From assembly GCA_031362565.1 (NCBI GenBank), contig JANLSU010000106.1, forward strand, positions 1 through 64,000: DNA of 64,000 nt, given 5' to 3'. The notes beneath the pieces are model-generated. The model was not told the origin of the DNA. It worked only from the letters and a program-made list of their open reading frames with translations, and ran no database searches. Positions 11,901-22,469 of this stretch are shown piece after piece. Position 1 is the stretch's first letter, and each line of letters starts with the position of its first letter. A program made the translations under genes and the position numbers. The stretch is from a bacterium (GTDB lineage Bacteria; Krumholzibacteriota; Krumholzibacteriia; G020349025).

Positions 11901-13740
11901 CGCCGAGGTAGTTGTAGATCATGTGGCTGTAGTGGTCGGCGGTGTCGAGCCAAGCGTTGGGCGTCTGGGCGATGCGGCTCTGCACGAACGCCTCACCGAG
12001 ATGCGAGTAGCCTTGCTGATAGGCCGCCTGCATGAAGCCGCGGTTGTAGGCGCGCGATGCCAAGGGGTTGGCGGAGCGGCTGGCGCCGAAGACGCCGACG
12101 GCGCCGCCCGTGGCCTTCAAGAAGGTCTCGCCCAAGCACGGAAAATCGAACGCGGTCGCGGTGCAGTTGAGCATGTACAGGACGAAGCGTTTGTCGCTGT
12201 TCGTCGCCGCGAGGGCGTCGCTGTTCTGGTAGCTCACGTCGCCACACGACATGTTGTAGCGGTACCCGTGGCCGATGTGATTGACAAAGCCGTAGCCGGC
12301 GTTGATTTCGGTCTTGGTGTTGGCCAGAGTCAGGGGCGTGGAACTGGGATAGGCGGCGAAGTTGTCATAGAGCCTCTTGCTGGTGTTGCAAGCCCCCAGG
12401 AAGGCGATCATTTCCTCGCAAAATCCGCCGCCATCCAAGTTGATCGCCTGGGACGGGTCCCAGCCGACCGGGAACAGCACTTCGCCCAGAAAGAGAGTCT
12501 TGTTCTGATAGTTGGTCGACACCGGGTTTTCGTACGCCATGACCTTGGCGACGAAGGCCGCGACTTCCGGGCTGGTGGAGAACGGGCCGCGGCCCACGAA
12601 GACCTCGGCGTAGAGATCCGTCGAATCGCCCGGATCTGCGGCGCCGAGCGCCGCCTCGCCGAAGATGCCATCGCCGTCCTTGTTCCAGTTGCCGTCGAGG
12701 CAGGCGAAATAGGCGTCGGTCGGAATGAATTGTTCGGTTGGTTCACTGAACGTCGAGAATCCGTAGCGCGCCGGCAGCACATCGGTATCGCCGCCCATGA
12801 GGACGTAGCGCACCGCCCACTTCGCGTAGGCGTCCTTGATGAAGGTGCGGACGGTCTCCTGCACATCGCTGCCGCGGCGGTAATTCTGCTGGATCCATTC
12901 GACGCTGCGAACCACGGTGGGCACCCCGCGGCGTGTCTTCCAGTCGGCCAGGACTTGCCACGCCGGTGCCAACGTATCGTTGGTAATGATGACCGCGTCG
13001 ACATCACTGCCCTCGAGGCTTGGTGCGGCGGTGGGTTGGAACCCGCCAGGTGCTTTCTCGACCCGCACGCCGATGCGGCGGTCATAGCCATCGAGTGCGG
13101 CGGGATTGGCGACGAGCCGCTCGACGGTCAGGCGCGTATCGGCTTCGTTACCGGCGTTGTAACGTTCACGCTGCAGCGGCCGGCTGCCGCCGGGCGCCAA
13201 TTCGATCGCCAAGTCGATGCGGGTCGCGGCGGTGACGCGCAGCGTGGCGGGATCCCAACGCACCGGATACACGCGCAGCGACAACAACTGATAGCCCTGC
13301 AGTGTGCCCTGGCCGGAAAACTCACCGAGCACGGCCGGATACAACCCGCCCGGTGCGGCCGCGGCAATGAGGCCCGGGGCGCCCGGCTTCGGTCCCGGTA
13401 ACGTCGAGGCGCCGGCAGCGAGAGTCGCCAGATGCACGGGTTGCGTGGCGTCGCCAACGACGGCCTCACCGGTCGCCTGGGCTGTGAGCCCGATTAGCCG
13501 GGAACCGGGCGGCACCGCCAAGGTCACGAGTTCGAAGGGGATTTCGGGACGCCCTGGCTCGGACGTCGTTTCACACCCCTCGATCGTCAGCCGCGCCGCA
13601 TCCACGGGGCCAGCGACCTGCACGCGTGCGGCATCGAATTGAAAGGTGTGGTGGAGCGTGAGGGCCGCGGCGCGCTCGGCCGTTGCGGCAACTCCGAGGC
13701 CGACAAAGCAACAAGCCGCAACAATTCGCCCGCACCGCAT
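8977..13740 (-). CDS. secreted C25 (gingipain-family) cysteine peptidase with propeptide, Ig/FN3 domains, FG-GAP/VCBS repeats and C-terminal FlgD-Ig sorting domain
   Basis: Signal peptide; YVLMGGD, VFVGR, NHIGHG (His), MLNC (Cys), YNYLGDP; repeated GDINGDG/DVDGDG; QNVPNPFNPTT...WDGRDDNG..VSSGLFFYRL. Start could be 13779 or 13824. Confidence 0.85.
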   Translation of the reverse strand: MRCGRIVAACCFVGLGVAATAERAAALTLHHTFQFDAARVQVAGPVDAARLTIEGCETTSEPGRPEIPFELVTLAVPPGSRLIGLTAQATGEAVVGDATQPVHLATLAAGASTLPGPKPGAPGLIAAAAPGGLYPAVLGEFSGQGTLQGYQLLSLRVYPVRWDPATLRVTAATRIDLAIELAPGGSRPLQRERYNAGNEADTRLTVERLVANPAALDGYDRRIGVRVEKAPGGFQPTAAPSLEGSDVDAVIITNDTLAPAWQVLADWKTRRGVPTVVRSVEWIQQNYRRGSDVQETVRTFIKDAYAKWAVRYVLMGGDTDVLPARYGFSTFSEPTEQFIPTDAYFACLDGNWNKDGDGIFGEAALGAADPGDSTDLYAEVFVGRGPFSTSPEVAAFVAKVMAYENPVSTNYQNKTLFLGEVLFPVGWDPSQAINLDGGGFCEEMIAFLGACNTSKRLYDNFAAYPSSTPLTLANTKTEINAGYGFVNHIGHGYRYNMSCGDVSYQNSDALAATNSDKRFVLYMLNCTATAFDFPCLGETFLKATGGAVGVFGASRSANPLASRAYNRGFMQAAYQQGYSHLGEAFVQSRIAQTPNAWLDTADHYSHMIYNYLGDPELVFHTCTLGVTAVTAPSSIGLGLGNITVHVTVGGTSRQGALVCLQKGTEEYQFGTTNVSGDAVLPFRAESAGSVQVTVSGQNMTTFLGTIAVTATAGAYVSNQSLTVDDNLAGNSNGNSDGVIDAGETIELSGTFLNSGNASASSPSGKLRIPSAWASVGDSTYSLSSISAGTTRSFTNSVRFTAAANTPDGTVLPLTFVTTSGTSTWTDVVNRVVHAPKMKLSLLDVDDSVTGNNDGVIQAGEVFDLVAYYKNYGTGAADGLSATLTSSDPDVVLTTSLVAYGRANSMQELAGATRFRLKENSLAENLLTMALTDSRARVLTSRITLRGPAPPAAPVLDASSGANVIELRWFPNAEADLGGYHVYRSTTGLAPWARVTLDCLGRTAYLRNTGLTPSTRYYYCTTAVDSSGNESAPSAIASINTNPAQLAGWPIGLGSTSSCSAAVGDINGDGSKEIVAGNDHLYAWSANGIEVLDDDSDPQTWGVFATEVHIVTGALALGEMNRNGHSLEVFVTSWDDSNKAFIVRGDGSMLPGWPQNPDFATAQKGYWGDSAVMDVDGDGLAEVWAPAKNGNLYAWHPNGTPVGAQAAFKSGLGTYMRCSPSFANVDGDPQKEIIFGAQSGTLYIWNADGTNVGTFPKTAGTSAFVNTAVGDINHDGILDVVFITEGGAVNVYNTRTGNQLPGFPVSLPVKSNPKCPSPALADFNFDGLLEIVVAFNHADALQSQLLVLNSQGQTLPGWPIITGGFTSESSPIVADVSGDGVPDIMFGNEGGLLYGWTWTGQSLPGFPLTVGDFIRSVPTAEDVDGDGGIDLVLMGWDKNLYIWDFPVPYNRAAAQWPMLKHDAQRSGLYGYRIDEPTDAGPGSGDPVAARAPQVAFLEQNVPNPFNPTTRIQYGIPAGAGTAVRVQLVIFDASGRQVRQLVAGSAAPGVHGAIWDGRDDNGHRVSSGLFFYRLQVAGQTLTRKLLLLK

Positions 13741-13840
13741 GGCTCGCGCTGCGGGCGATCTTGCATCCTGCAGCGGCATGGGCGACGGCCTCCGGGGCGA
13801 GCATGCAGCCGGAAACGGCAGCATGGGAGTACAACCACAG

Positions 13841-13870
13841 AGGATACCATGATTCCAGACGTCGGCTCAA
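13841..13870 (-). promoter_or_regulatory. promoter for the C25 peptidase gene
   Basis: Minus strand TTGAGC-18 nt-TATCCT with extended -10 TG. Confidence 0.5.
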
Positions 13871-14097
13871 CCTGCCGTTGCCACCGGGCGTTCCTCGAGT
13901 GCGAGCGCCGACACCGGGCAGAAGCGCACACACAAGTCACAACCGATGCAGGCGGCGTCCTCGCATGTCAGGTCGAGCCCGATCATGTCGAGAGCCCGTG
14001 TCGGACAAATGGAGACGCAACCGGCGCAGTCGACGCAGGTGCGCTGATCGACTTCGATGTGGAATCGTCCGGCGCGAGCATTCATCGCCTTCACCAT
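13867..14097 (-). CDS. 2[4Fe-4S] ferredoxin
   Basis: CVDCAGCVSICP and CIGCDLCVRFCP; start overlaps the upstream reductase stop. Confidence 0.9.
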   Translation of the reverse strand: MVKAMNARAGRFHIEVDQRTCVDCAGCVSICPTRALDMIGLDLTCEDAACIGCDLCVRFCPVSALALEERPVATAG

Positions 14098-15281
14098 AGC
14101 ATTCGCGTCGCTTTCAGGACCAGCTTCGGATGCGTCGCGAACGCCGCCCGAAAGATTCCGGTGTAGTCGACGCTCGTGCCGTCGACATCGCCGACCACCT
14201 TGCGGAGCGAGTCTACCGCCCAGTCGATCTCGGTGTCGTCCATCGTGAAGAAGAGTTTGCGCAGTTTGTAGAACAAGTCGTTGGTCCGGCCGACCCGCTT
14301 GTGCCAGCGCTGCTGATAACGGGCGAGCCGTGCGGCGCTCAAGTCGCCGTCGCGGAGCGCCGCACCGAATTCGTCGCCGGCCTCCTCGGCCGATTCGAGC
14401 GCGTTCATGATGCCGCCGCCCGAGAACGGGTTGTTGGTATGTCCGGCCTCACCGACGAGCGCCGCGCCGTCGACGACCAAGCTCGACAAGCTGTGCCCGC
14501 CGGACACCGATCCGCCCACCGTCGCCAGGATGCGGCTGTGGGGAAAGCGTTCTTGCACGAATGCATCGAGCCAGGCACGCGCCGAGCGCGGGTGCGTACC
14601 CTTCACATGGATGCCGAGACCCACATTGGCGGTGCCGTTGTCCTTCGGGAACACCCACGCATAGCCACCCGGTGCGACCTCGAGCCCGGCATACAGATCG
14701 ATGAACCGGTCGCCGGGCGGCACGTCATCGAGCCAGTATTGCAACGCCGAGTGCACTTCGCCGATCGCCCAGGCCTTGCGCAATCCCAACCACTGACCGG
14801 TGAACGACTCGACGCCGTCACACCCGAGCACCAGGCGCGCGGCCACCGTGACGCCGGCATTGCCGTTGGCCCGGTCGAGGGCCGTGACCACCCGCCGCCG
14901 GTCTTCGTACGGCCCGATCCCCGTCACGTGCAAGCTGGTGCGCAACTCGGCGCCGGCCTCGACCGCCTGGCGCGCCAGCGCTTGATCGAAGCGATCGCGA
15001 TGCAACTGGGTGCCGATGCCCGGAATGCGGCGCGCGACACAGGTGTCGCCGGGCCCAAAGAGACGCGCGCCGTCGATGGAGCCGGCGATCCACTCGTCGC
15101 TCAAGGGAATGAAGTGGCGCAATTCATCGAGTGATCCGGCGGCTTCGCCGCAGCGCACCGGTACCCCGACCACCGGGCGTTTTTCGGCTACCACGACCTC
15201 GAACCCTTGGCGCCCGAGCGCGGTCGCGACGAAGGAGCCTGCGGGGCCCGCGCCGATGACGAACACGTCCACTTGCCGCAC
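14091..15281 (-). CDS. geranylgeranyl reductase family FAD oxidoreductase (DGGR-like)
   Basis: GAGPAG, PVRCGEA, PGGYAWVFPK, NPFSGGGI; GGAGG RBS before GTG. Confidence 0.85.
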   Translation of the reverse strand: MRQVDVFVIGAGPAGSFVATALGRQGFEVVVAEKRPVVGVPVRCGEAAGSLDELRHFIPLSDEWIAGSIDGARLFGPGDTCVARRIPGIGTQLHRDRFDQALARQAVEAGAELRTSLHVTGIGPYEDRRRVVTALDRANGNAGVTVAARLVLGCDGVESFTGQWLGLRKAWAIGEVHSALQYWLDDVPPGDRFIDLYAGLEVAPGGYAWVFPKDNGTANVGLGIHVKGTHPRSARAWLDAFVQERFPHSRILATVGGSVSGGHSLSSLVVDGAALVGEAGHTNNPFSGGGIMNALESAEEAGDEFGAALRDGDLSAARLARYQQRWHKRVGRTNDLFYKLRKLFFTMDDTEIDWAVDSLRKVVGDVDGTSVDYTGIFRAAFATHPKLVLKATRMLW

Positions 15282-15312
15282 GTACGGTTGCCTCCCACCT
15301 TTGGAGTTGCGG

Positions 15313-15828
15313 TCAGGTCGCGTCGAGGACGACCAGTTCGACGCCCGATTCGACTGCCGTCCCGACCGTCGCATGGACTTCGCGCACGGTGCCGGCCGAC
15401 TCCGCCAGCAGTTCGTTTTGCATTTTCATGGCTTCCATGACGACCAGCGGCTGGCCCGCCTTGACCGTGTCGCCCGGCTTGACGTGCACTGCCACCACGA
15501 GTCCCGGCATCGGCGCTTCGAGCACCGTGCGGCCGGTGGCCGTCTCGGCGGTCGCGGTGCGTGCGGCGAGTGCGAGTGCGTCCAGCACTTCGAGCCGGCG
15601 ATACTTGCCACCGATAGCGACATCGTACAAGCCGCGCCGCGGGTCCGCGGCGCGCGTGTGTGCCAAGACCGATTCGCGATCCAAGAGCAGCGTCAAAAGC
15701 GAGTCGTCACCGAGGCGCATTGCGTCGACTTCGAACCTCCGGCCCTCGATGTGGACGGCGTAGCGCGGTGCTTGGCCTTCGATCTCGACGTTCCACGTGC
15801 GCCCGGCGGCGCGCACCGTGTATTTCAT
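15313..15828 (-). CDS. biotin carboxyl carrier protein
   Basis: APMPG and EAMKM biotinylation motif. Confidence 0.92.
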   Translation of the reverse strand: MKYTVRAAGRTWNVEIEGQAPRYAVHIEGRRFEVDAMRLGDDSLLTLLLDRESVLAHTRAADPRRGLYDVAIGGKYRRLEVLDALALAARTATAETATGRTVLEAPMPGLVVAVHVKPGDTVKAGQPLVVMEAMKMQNELLAESAGTVREVHATVGTAVESGVELVVLDAT

Positions 15829-17333
15829 ATGTTGCCCTCGTGGGCGCGGCCCGCCCAGGTCCAGGCGCTGTCGCGCTCGGGGCGCGGCACCTTCGGTGTC
15901 CGGTCGAATTCATAGGCGCGGATTGCCGCCACCACAACGAAGCGCAGCATTTCTTCGTCGGACGGGGAGAGCACCTCGGGCTTGAAGTAGCGCTCGATGA
16001 AGCCGGTGTCGAGATCGCCGGCGGCAAACACCGGGTGATCGACGATCCATGCCAAGAACGATCGGTTGCAGCGGATGCCTTCGACCTGCAAGTCGTCGAG
16101 GGCGCGCCGCATGCGCGCCAGCGCCGCCGGACGGTCCTCGGCCCAGACCGCCAACTTGCCGAGCATGGGATCGTAGTACACCGGCACGTCGTAACCTTCG
16201 TAGACGCCGAAGTCATTGCGCACGCCGGGCCCGTACGGCACCGACAACTTGGCGATCTTGCCCGTTGACGGCAGGAAACCGTTCAACGGGTCCTCGGCGT
16301 AGATCCGGCATTCGATCGCCCAGCCGTGCGGTTGGATCGGCAGCCGGTCCAAGAACGACAGCACTTCGCCGCCGGCGACGCGAATCTGCTCCTTGACGAG
16401 ATCCACGCCGGTGACGAGTTCGGTCACCGGATGTTCGACTTGTAAGCGCGTATTCATCTCGAGGAAATAGAACGTGCCCTGCTGGTCGGCGACGAATTCG
16501 ACCGTGCCGGCGCCGACGTAGCCGACGGCCTGCGCCAAGGCCACGGCGCGTTCACCCATCTGGGTCCGCAACTCGGGGGTCAGGAGCGGGCTCGGGGCTT
16601 CCTCCACGACCTTTTGGTGCCGGCGTTGGATCGTGCATTCGCGCTCGCCGAGCGAAACAACGTTGCCGTGCATGTCGCCGAAGACTTGGATCTCGATATG
16701 CCGCGGCCGCTGGATGAACTTTTCGACGAAGAGATCGGGGTTCGAAAAGGCGTTGCGCGCTTCCTCGGTGGTGCGCGCGAAGGCGCGCTGTAGTTCGTCC
16801 GGATCGTGGGCGAGCCGCATGCCCTTGCCACCGCCGCCGGCGGTGGCCTTGAGCATCACCGGGTAGCCGAGCTCGGCGGCGATGCGCATGGCTTCGGCGG
16901 CATCGGCCACTCGCCCGGGGCTCCCCGGTACGAGCGGTACGCCGGCCTGCCGGGCCAAGTCGCGGGCCCGGATCTTGTCGCCCATGCCGTGCATCGCCTC
17001 AGGCGTCGGACCGATGAACGCGATGCCGGCGGCGCCGCAGGCGCGGGCGAAATCGGCGTTCTCGGCCAGGAATCCGTACCCGGGATGGATGGCGTCGGCG
17101 CCCGAAAGGCGCGCCGCCGCCAGGATTTTGTCGCCACGCAGATAGCTCTCGAGGCTGGTGTTGCCGCCCAGCGCACAGGCCTCGTCGGCGCGCGCGACGT
17201 GCAGCGCGGTGCGGTCGACGTCCGAGTACACCGCGACACTCTCGATGCCCAGTTCGCGGAGTGCCTTCATGACGCGGACGGCGATTTCGCCGCGGTTGGC
17301 GACCAGCACCTTGCGAAACGTTCGCCGGGGCAC
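15825..17333 (-). CDS. accC: biotin carboxylase subunit of acyl-CoA carboxylase
   Basis: [40 protein letters not shown]; alternative start 17366. Confidence 0.92.
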   Translation of the reverse strand: MPRRTFRKVLVANRGEIAVRVMKALRELGIESVAVYSDVDRTALHVARADEACALGGNTSLESYLRGDKILAAARLSGADAIHPGYGFLAENADFARACGAAGIAFIGPTPEAMHGMGDKIRARDLARQAGVPLVPGSPGRVADAAEAMRIAAELGYPVMLKATAGGGGKGMRLAHDPDELQRAFARTTEEARNAFSNPDLFVEKFIQRPRHIEIQVFGDMHGNVVSLGERECTIQRRHQKVVEEAPSPLLTPELRTQMGERAVALAQAVGYVGAGTVEFVADQQGTFYFLEMNTRLQVEHPVTELVTGVDLVKEQIRVAGGEVLSFLDRLPIQPHGWAIECRIYAEDPLNGFLPSTGKIAKLSVPYGPGVRNDFGVYEGYDVPVYYDPMLGKLAVWAEDRPAALARMRRALDDLQVEGIRCNRSFLAWIVDHPVFAAGDLDTGFIERYFKPEVLSPSDEEMLRFVVVAAIRAYEFDRTPKVPRPERDSAWTWAGRAHEGNI

Positions 17334-17346
17334 GGCGGCGCCGGGC

Positions 17347-18906
<1,560 letters not shown>

Positions 18907-19072
18907 ATGGGATCCTCCGCGCGCGGTGAGGCCGCATTCGGAGCGGCCGCGGGCAATGTACCAGAGTCCGAAATGATTGTAAAATCACCTCTTGGCCCAC
19001 CGGGCCGGGCGCCGGTGGGAATGTGGACGCGAGCCGGAGGGTACATGAAGCCGAGGACCTTGGGCGGACCCG

Positions 19073-19672
19073 TTGGCTGAGGCCGCGAACCCAGATGAGG
19101 TGCGCGAGTGGGTCCGCGCCGCCCAGGCCGGTGACGCGGCCGCTTTCCGGCGTCTGGTGGAGAGTCACATGCGCGCCGTGTACGGGCTCGGATACAGCTT
19201 TTTCCGCAATGCGGACGATGCCGATGACGTGGCGCAGGAAACCTTCGTACGTGCCTACCAGGCCCTCGATCGCTACGACGCGCGCTACACCTTTTATACG
19301 TGGCTCCGGACCATCGCGACGCGGGTGGCGCTGAACGAGATCGCCAAGCGCCGGCGCCACAAGACCGAAGCGGGAGAGGCGTTCGAGACGGCATCGGAAA
19401 CGATCGCCGGCGAGAATCCGGACCCGATCGACGCGTTGTCCGAGGCCGAGCTGCAAACGGCGCTGCAGGCGGCCCTTGCCGATGTGCCGCCCGAATACCG
19501 CGCCGTTCTGATGCTGCGGACACAAGATGGATTGTCCTACGCGGAGATTGCGGCGATCCTCGACATTCCCACCGGCACCGTAATGTCGCGCTTGCATCGG
19601 GCGCGAGCCCTCGTACGCCGCGGGCTCGGCCGGCGCGGCGGTTTCGAACCTGATCGAGAGGAGCGCCGATGA
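19073..19672 (+). CDS. ECF RNA polymerase sigma factor
   Basis: DDVAQETF, FYTWLRTIA (region 2); LSYAEIAAILDIPTGTVMSRLHRAR (region 4). Confidence 0.9.
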   Translation: MAEAANPDEVREWVRAAQAGDAAAFRRLVESHMRAVYGLGYSFFRNADDADDVAQETFVRAYQALDRYDARYTFYTWLRTIATRVALNEIAKRRRHKTEAGEAFETASETIAGENPDPIDALSEAELQTALQAALADVPPEYRAVLMLRTQDGLSYAEIAAILDIPTGTVMSRLHRARALVRRGLGRRGGFEPDREERR

Positions 19673-21000
19673 GCGGCGCGCATATCGGCGACGAGATCGA
19701 CGCTTGCTTGGACGGCGCGCTGACCGAAGCGCGGCGCCGGGCGGTGCTCGCGCACGCGGAGTCGTGCTCCGAGTGCGGCAGGGCGCTCGAACGCGCGTCG
19801 CGTTTGCAGCAGGCGCTCGGCCGAATCCCGGTGCCCGATCCCGGCACGACGTATTGGTCGGAGTTCACGGCGCGCGTCGAAGCGCGCATTGCGCCCCGGG
19901 CGATCGCGCCGGGAGTGGCGCGCGGCGCGGCGAATTTCTATGAGCGCCTTCTCGGGTGGGTCGCAGCGCCGGGGCGCTTCGGTTGGGCCGGCGTCGTGGG
20001 AACGGTGGCGGCGGCGACGCTGGTCGTCTACGTCGGGTTGCGCGGCTTTCAGCCGCGCGACGCGCACGTCCAGGACACGAGGCCTGCACCTGCACCTGCA
20101 CCTGCACCTGCACCAGCTCCCGTACCCGCTCCTGCCGCGGCGCCAGAGCCTGCGCCTACGACTCGCGAACCGTTGGAGGCGCGCGCCCCCGAAGCAGGTG
20201 CGCCGTTGGCGGCGAACGAGCCGGTGCAGGCGACGCGCCGCAAGGCCGGAAATGCGGCCGCGCCCGTGCCATCGAAAGCCAAGGATCAATCGGCACCCGG
20301 GATGGCGAGCGACGAGGTGCGCGCCATCGGCAAAGCGAAAGCGGTGCCGCGGGATGAGACGCCGTTGGCGGCGCCCGGCCCCGTTGCGGCGGAGCGCTCG
20401 GATGCCGCCGGCGCCGTCTTGCAGGAAGAGGATGCGCGCCGCGATCCGGTGGCGGACTTCGTGCGCGCTGCGGTCGCCGGTGACTCGATCACTGCGAATG
20501 CCACCTACGCCGCGCTCACCGCCAACGGCTTCGCCGGCGTGACGCGCGATGATGCGGAACGTCTTCGAAGCTGGGCCGCTGCACCGGCGCCGCAGGCTCC
20601 CGGGGTGATCGACAAGTCATTGGCGCTTCGCAAGGTGACCGACGCACTGCGTGCCGCGCCGCGGCCGGTGCCGGAACCACCTGCCGGACGCGCAACGTCG
20701 ACCCTTGCCGCACCGCAGAGTGCAGACGCGATGCGGCCCAACTTCGACGCGGGGAGTGCGGCCTTGCCGCGCCTCGAACCGCTCTTGGCGCTCGAAGCAC
20801 TGGCTTGGCCACGGCGCACGGATGCGACTCTCCGTCCGGCCCTCGCGGCGCTGGCGGAGAAGCTGGCGCGTTCCGCGCCCAACGATGCGCGGGCTGCGGC
20901 GCGCGCCGCCGCACTCGCAGACTGGCTCGCGGAAACCAGCCCTTCGCGTCAAGAACGCGACCAATGGGACACGCTGCGCCAGAACATTCCCCAGCGCTGA
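19669..21000 (+). CDS. zinc-binding (zf-HC2) transmembrane anti-sigma factor
   Basis: HAESCSEC (HxxxCxxC), one TM helix, Pro/Ala-rich linker; ATGA overlap with sigma gene. Confidence 0.8.
   Translation: MSGAHIGDEIDACLDGALTEARRRAVLAHAESCSECGRALERASRLQQALGRIPVPDPGTTYWSEFTARVEARIAPRAIAPGVARGAANFYERLLGWVAAPGRFGWAGVVGTVAAATLVVYVGLRGFQPRDAHVQDTRPAPAPAPAPAPAPVPAPAAAPEPAPTTREPLEARAPEAGAPLAANEPVQATRRKAGNAAAPVPSKAKDQSAPGMASDEVRAIGKAKAVPRDETPLAAPGPVAAERSDAAGAVLQEEDARRDPVADFVRAAVAGDSITANATYAALTANGFAGVTRDDAERLRSWAAAPAPQAPGVIDKSLALRKVTDALRAAPRPVPEPPAGRATSTLAAPQSADAMRPNFDAGSAALPRLEPLLALEALAWPRRTDATLRPALAALAEKLARSAPNDARAAARAAALADWLAETSPSRQERDQWDTLRQNIPQR
20083..20112 (+). repeat. in-frame hexanucleotide tandem repeat (CCTGCA)x5 encoding Pro-Ala
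   Basis: Five exact copies within the anti-sigma linker. Confidence 0.9.
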
Positions 21001-21134
21001 CGCCGGCGGCGTGGCGCACCGTGCAGTGCCACGCGCCGCGATGACCCACCGCGATGCGCCGCGACGCACCGCGTGCAGGCGCTGATGTGCGTCGAATTAC
21101 GCCACGAAAGACCTACAGCGCCGGGCCCGGCGCC

Positions 21135-21143
21135 TGATACAAT
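21135..21143 (+). promoter_or_regulatory. extended -10 promoter element
   Basis: TGaTACAAT 56 nt upstream of the 21200 ATG; no clear -35. Confidence 0.4.
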
Positions 21144-21199
21144 TCTGGAAGCTAAATCTCGCCCGCGATTCCTCCAAGATCGCAGCTCCGGAAAGTCCA

Positions 21200-21604
21200 A
21201 TGACAAAACTGGTCCTCGCCGCGTGCGTGGCTCTCCTGGGTGCATTTGCACTGGATGGCCGCCGAAGCGTTCCCGACTGCTACATCACCCCGCAGTCGAC
21301 CATCGCAGCGTACTGGAACCGGATGATCGAGCGCCGGCATGCCGAGGCGCTCCAATGTTTCATGGGCCCGATGCCGCGCGAAGCGAGCGGGATGATGCAG
21401 CTTCCAAACCTCGTCGAACTGCGCTGCAGTGGTTTCCAACTGGCGTGGCGCGGCCAGGGCATCGTCGATGTCAGCTACGACGTCGAATATCGCGTCACGC
21501 TGCGTGACTCGCTGGCGAGTTTTCCGACCGGCGACCGGCTGAGCTTCACCGACGGCGGCTGGAAGATCGACCGCCCGATGGTTGTCGCGGCGCGCCGTCC
21601 CTGA
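21200..21604 (+). CDS. hypothetical exported protein
   Basis: N-terminal signal-like hydrophobic segment; ends GGWKID; fills the gap between genes. Confidence 0.7.
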   Translation: MTKLVLAACVALLGAFALDGRRSVPDCYITPQSTIAAYWNRMIERRHAEALQCFMGPMPREASGMMQLPNLVELRCSGFQLAWRGQGIVDVSYDVEYRVTLRDSLASFPTGDRLSFTDGGWKIDRPMVVAARRP

Positions 21605-21659
21605 AATCTCGACGGACACGACTTCCGCGCTTGGGCGCACGTGTGGTAGCGTGCGCCGC

Positions 21660-22340
21660 ATGTCTGTGTTCGCGATCGCCGATCTGCACCTGGCATTTTC
21701 CGTCGACAAGCCGATGGATCGATTCGGGCCCCAGTGGGTGGGACACCCGGAGAAGATCGCGCGCGCGTGGCGCGCCGCGGTCGGGCCCCAGGACACCGTG
21801 CTCGTCGCCGGCGACACCTCTTGGGCGATGCGTTTGGACGAGGCGCGCGCCGACCTCCAATACCTCGCCGACCTTCCCGGCCGCAAGATCCTGCTGCGCG
21901 GCAACCACGACTACTGGTGGGGCAGCCTCGCGAAGGTGCGCGCCGCTCTCCCAGCGGGCGTCGAGGTGCTCCAACACGAGGCCCTCCAAGTCGAGGGCTG
22001 GTGGGTGGCGGGGGCTCGCGGTTGGCTCTTACCCGTTCCGGGGACGACCCGCACCGACCAAGCGATTTTCGACCGCGAACTGGGGCGCTTGCGCCTGTCG
22101 TTGCAGGCGGCTGGGGCTTCCGGTCCGCGCCTCGCGATGCTGCACTATCCGCCCTGGATGCCCGGCTTCGAGTCGACCGCGGTCCGCACGCTGCTCCTCG
22201 AATTCGGGGTCGAGATCTGCATTTACGGTCATCTGCACGCCATGGCGAAAGGCACCTACCCGGACGGGACCTATGACGGGTTACGGGTCCACTGCGTCTC
22301 CGCGGATCTCGTCGATTTCACGCCGCAGCGGATCCTTTGA
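21660..22340 (+). CDS. calcineurin-like metallophosphoesterase
   Basis: DLH, GDTSW, GNHD, MLHYPP, YGHLH. Confidence 0.9.
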   Translation: MSVFAIADLHLAFSVDKPMDRFGPQWVGHPEKIARAWRAAVGPQDTVLVAGDTSWAMRLDEARADLQYLADLPGRKILLRGNHDYWWGSLAKVRAALPAGVEVLQHEALQVEGWWVAGARGWLLPVPGTTRTDQAIFDRELGRLRLSLQAAGASGPRLAMLHYPPWMPGFESTAVRTLLLEFGVEICIYGHLHAMAKGTYPDGTYDGLRVHCVSADLVDFTPQRIL

Positions 22341-22375
22341 GACCCCCGGCCGGGCGCGGCCGCCCCTTCCTAAGT

Positions 22376-22393
22376 TTGTGAAATAATTCTCAA
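22376..22393. promoter_or_regulatory. Rex/CRP-type palindromic operator
   Basis: TTGTGAA-ATAA-TTCTCAA, one mismatch to TTGTGAAnnnnTTCACAA. Confidence 0.5.
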
Positions 22394-22430
22394 AGTCGTG
22401 CAAAAAAATGTCCCGCACGCCACGGAAACG

Positions 22431-22460
22431 TTGCGCGCAGAAAGGCACTGGGCCTACAAT
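22431..22460 (+). promoter_or_regulatory. sigma70-type promoter
   Basis: TTGCGC-18 nt-TACAAT immediately upstream of the rod-shaped RNA and argF. Confidence 0.6.
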
Positions 22461-22469
22461 CCGCTTGCC

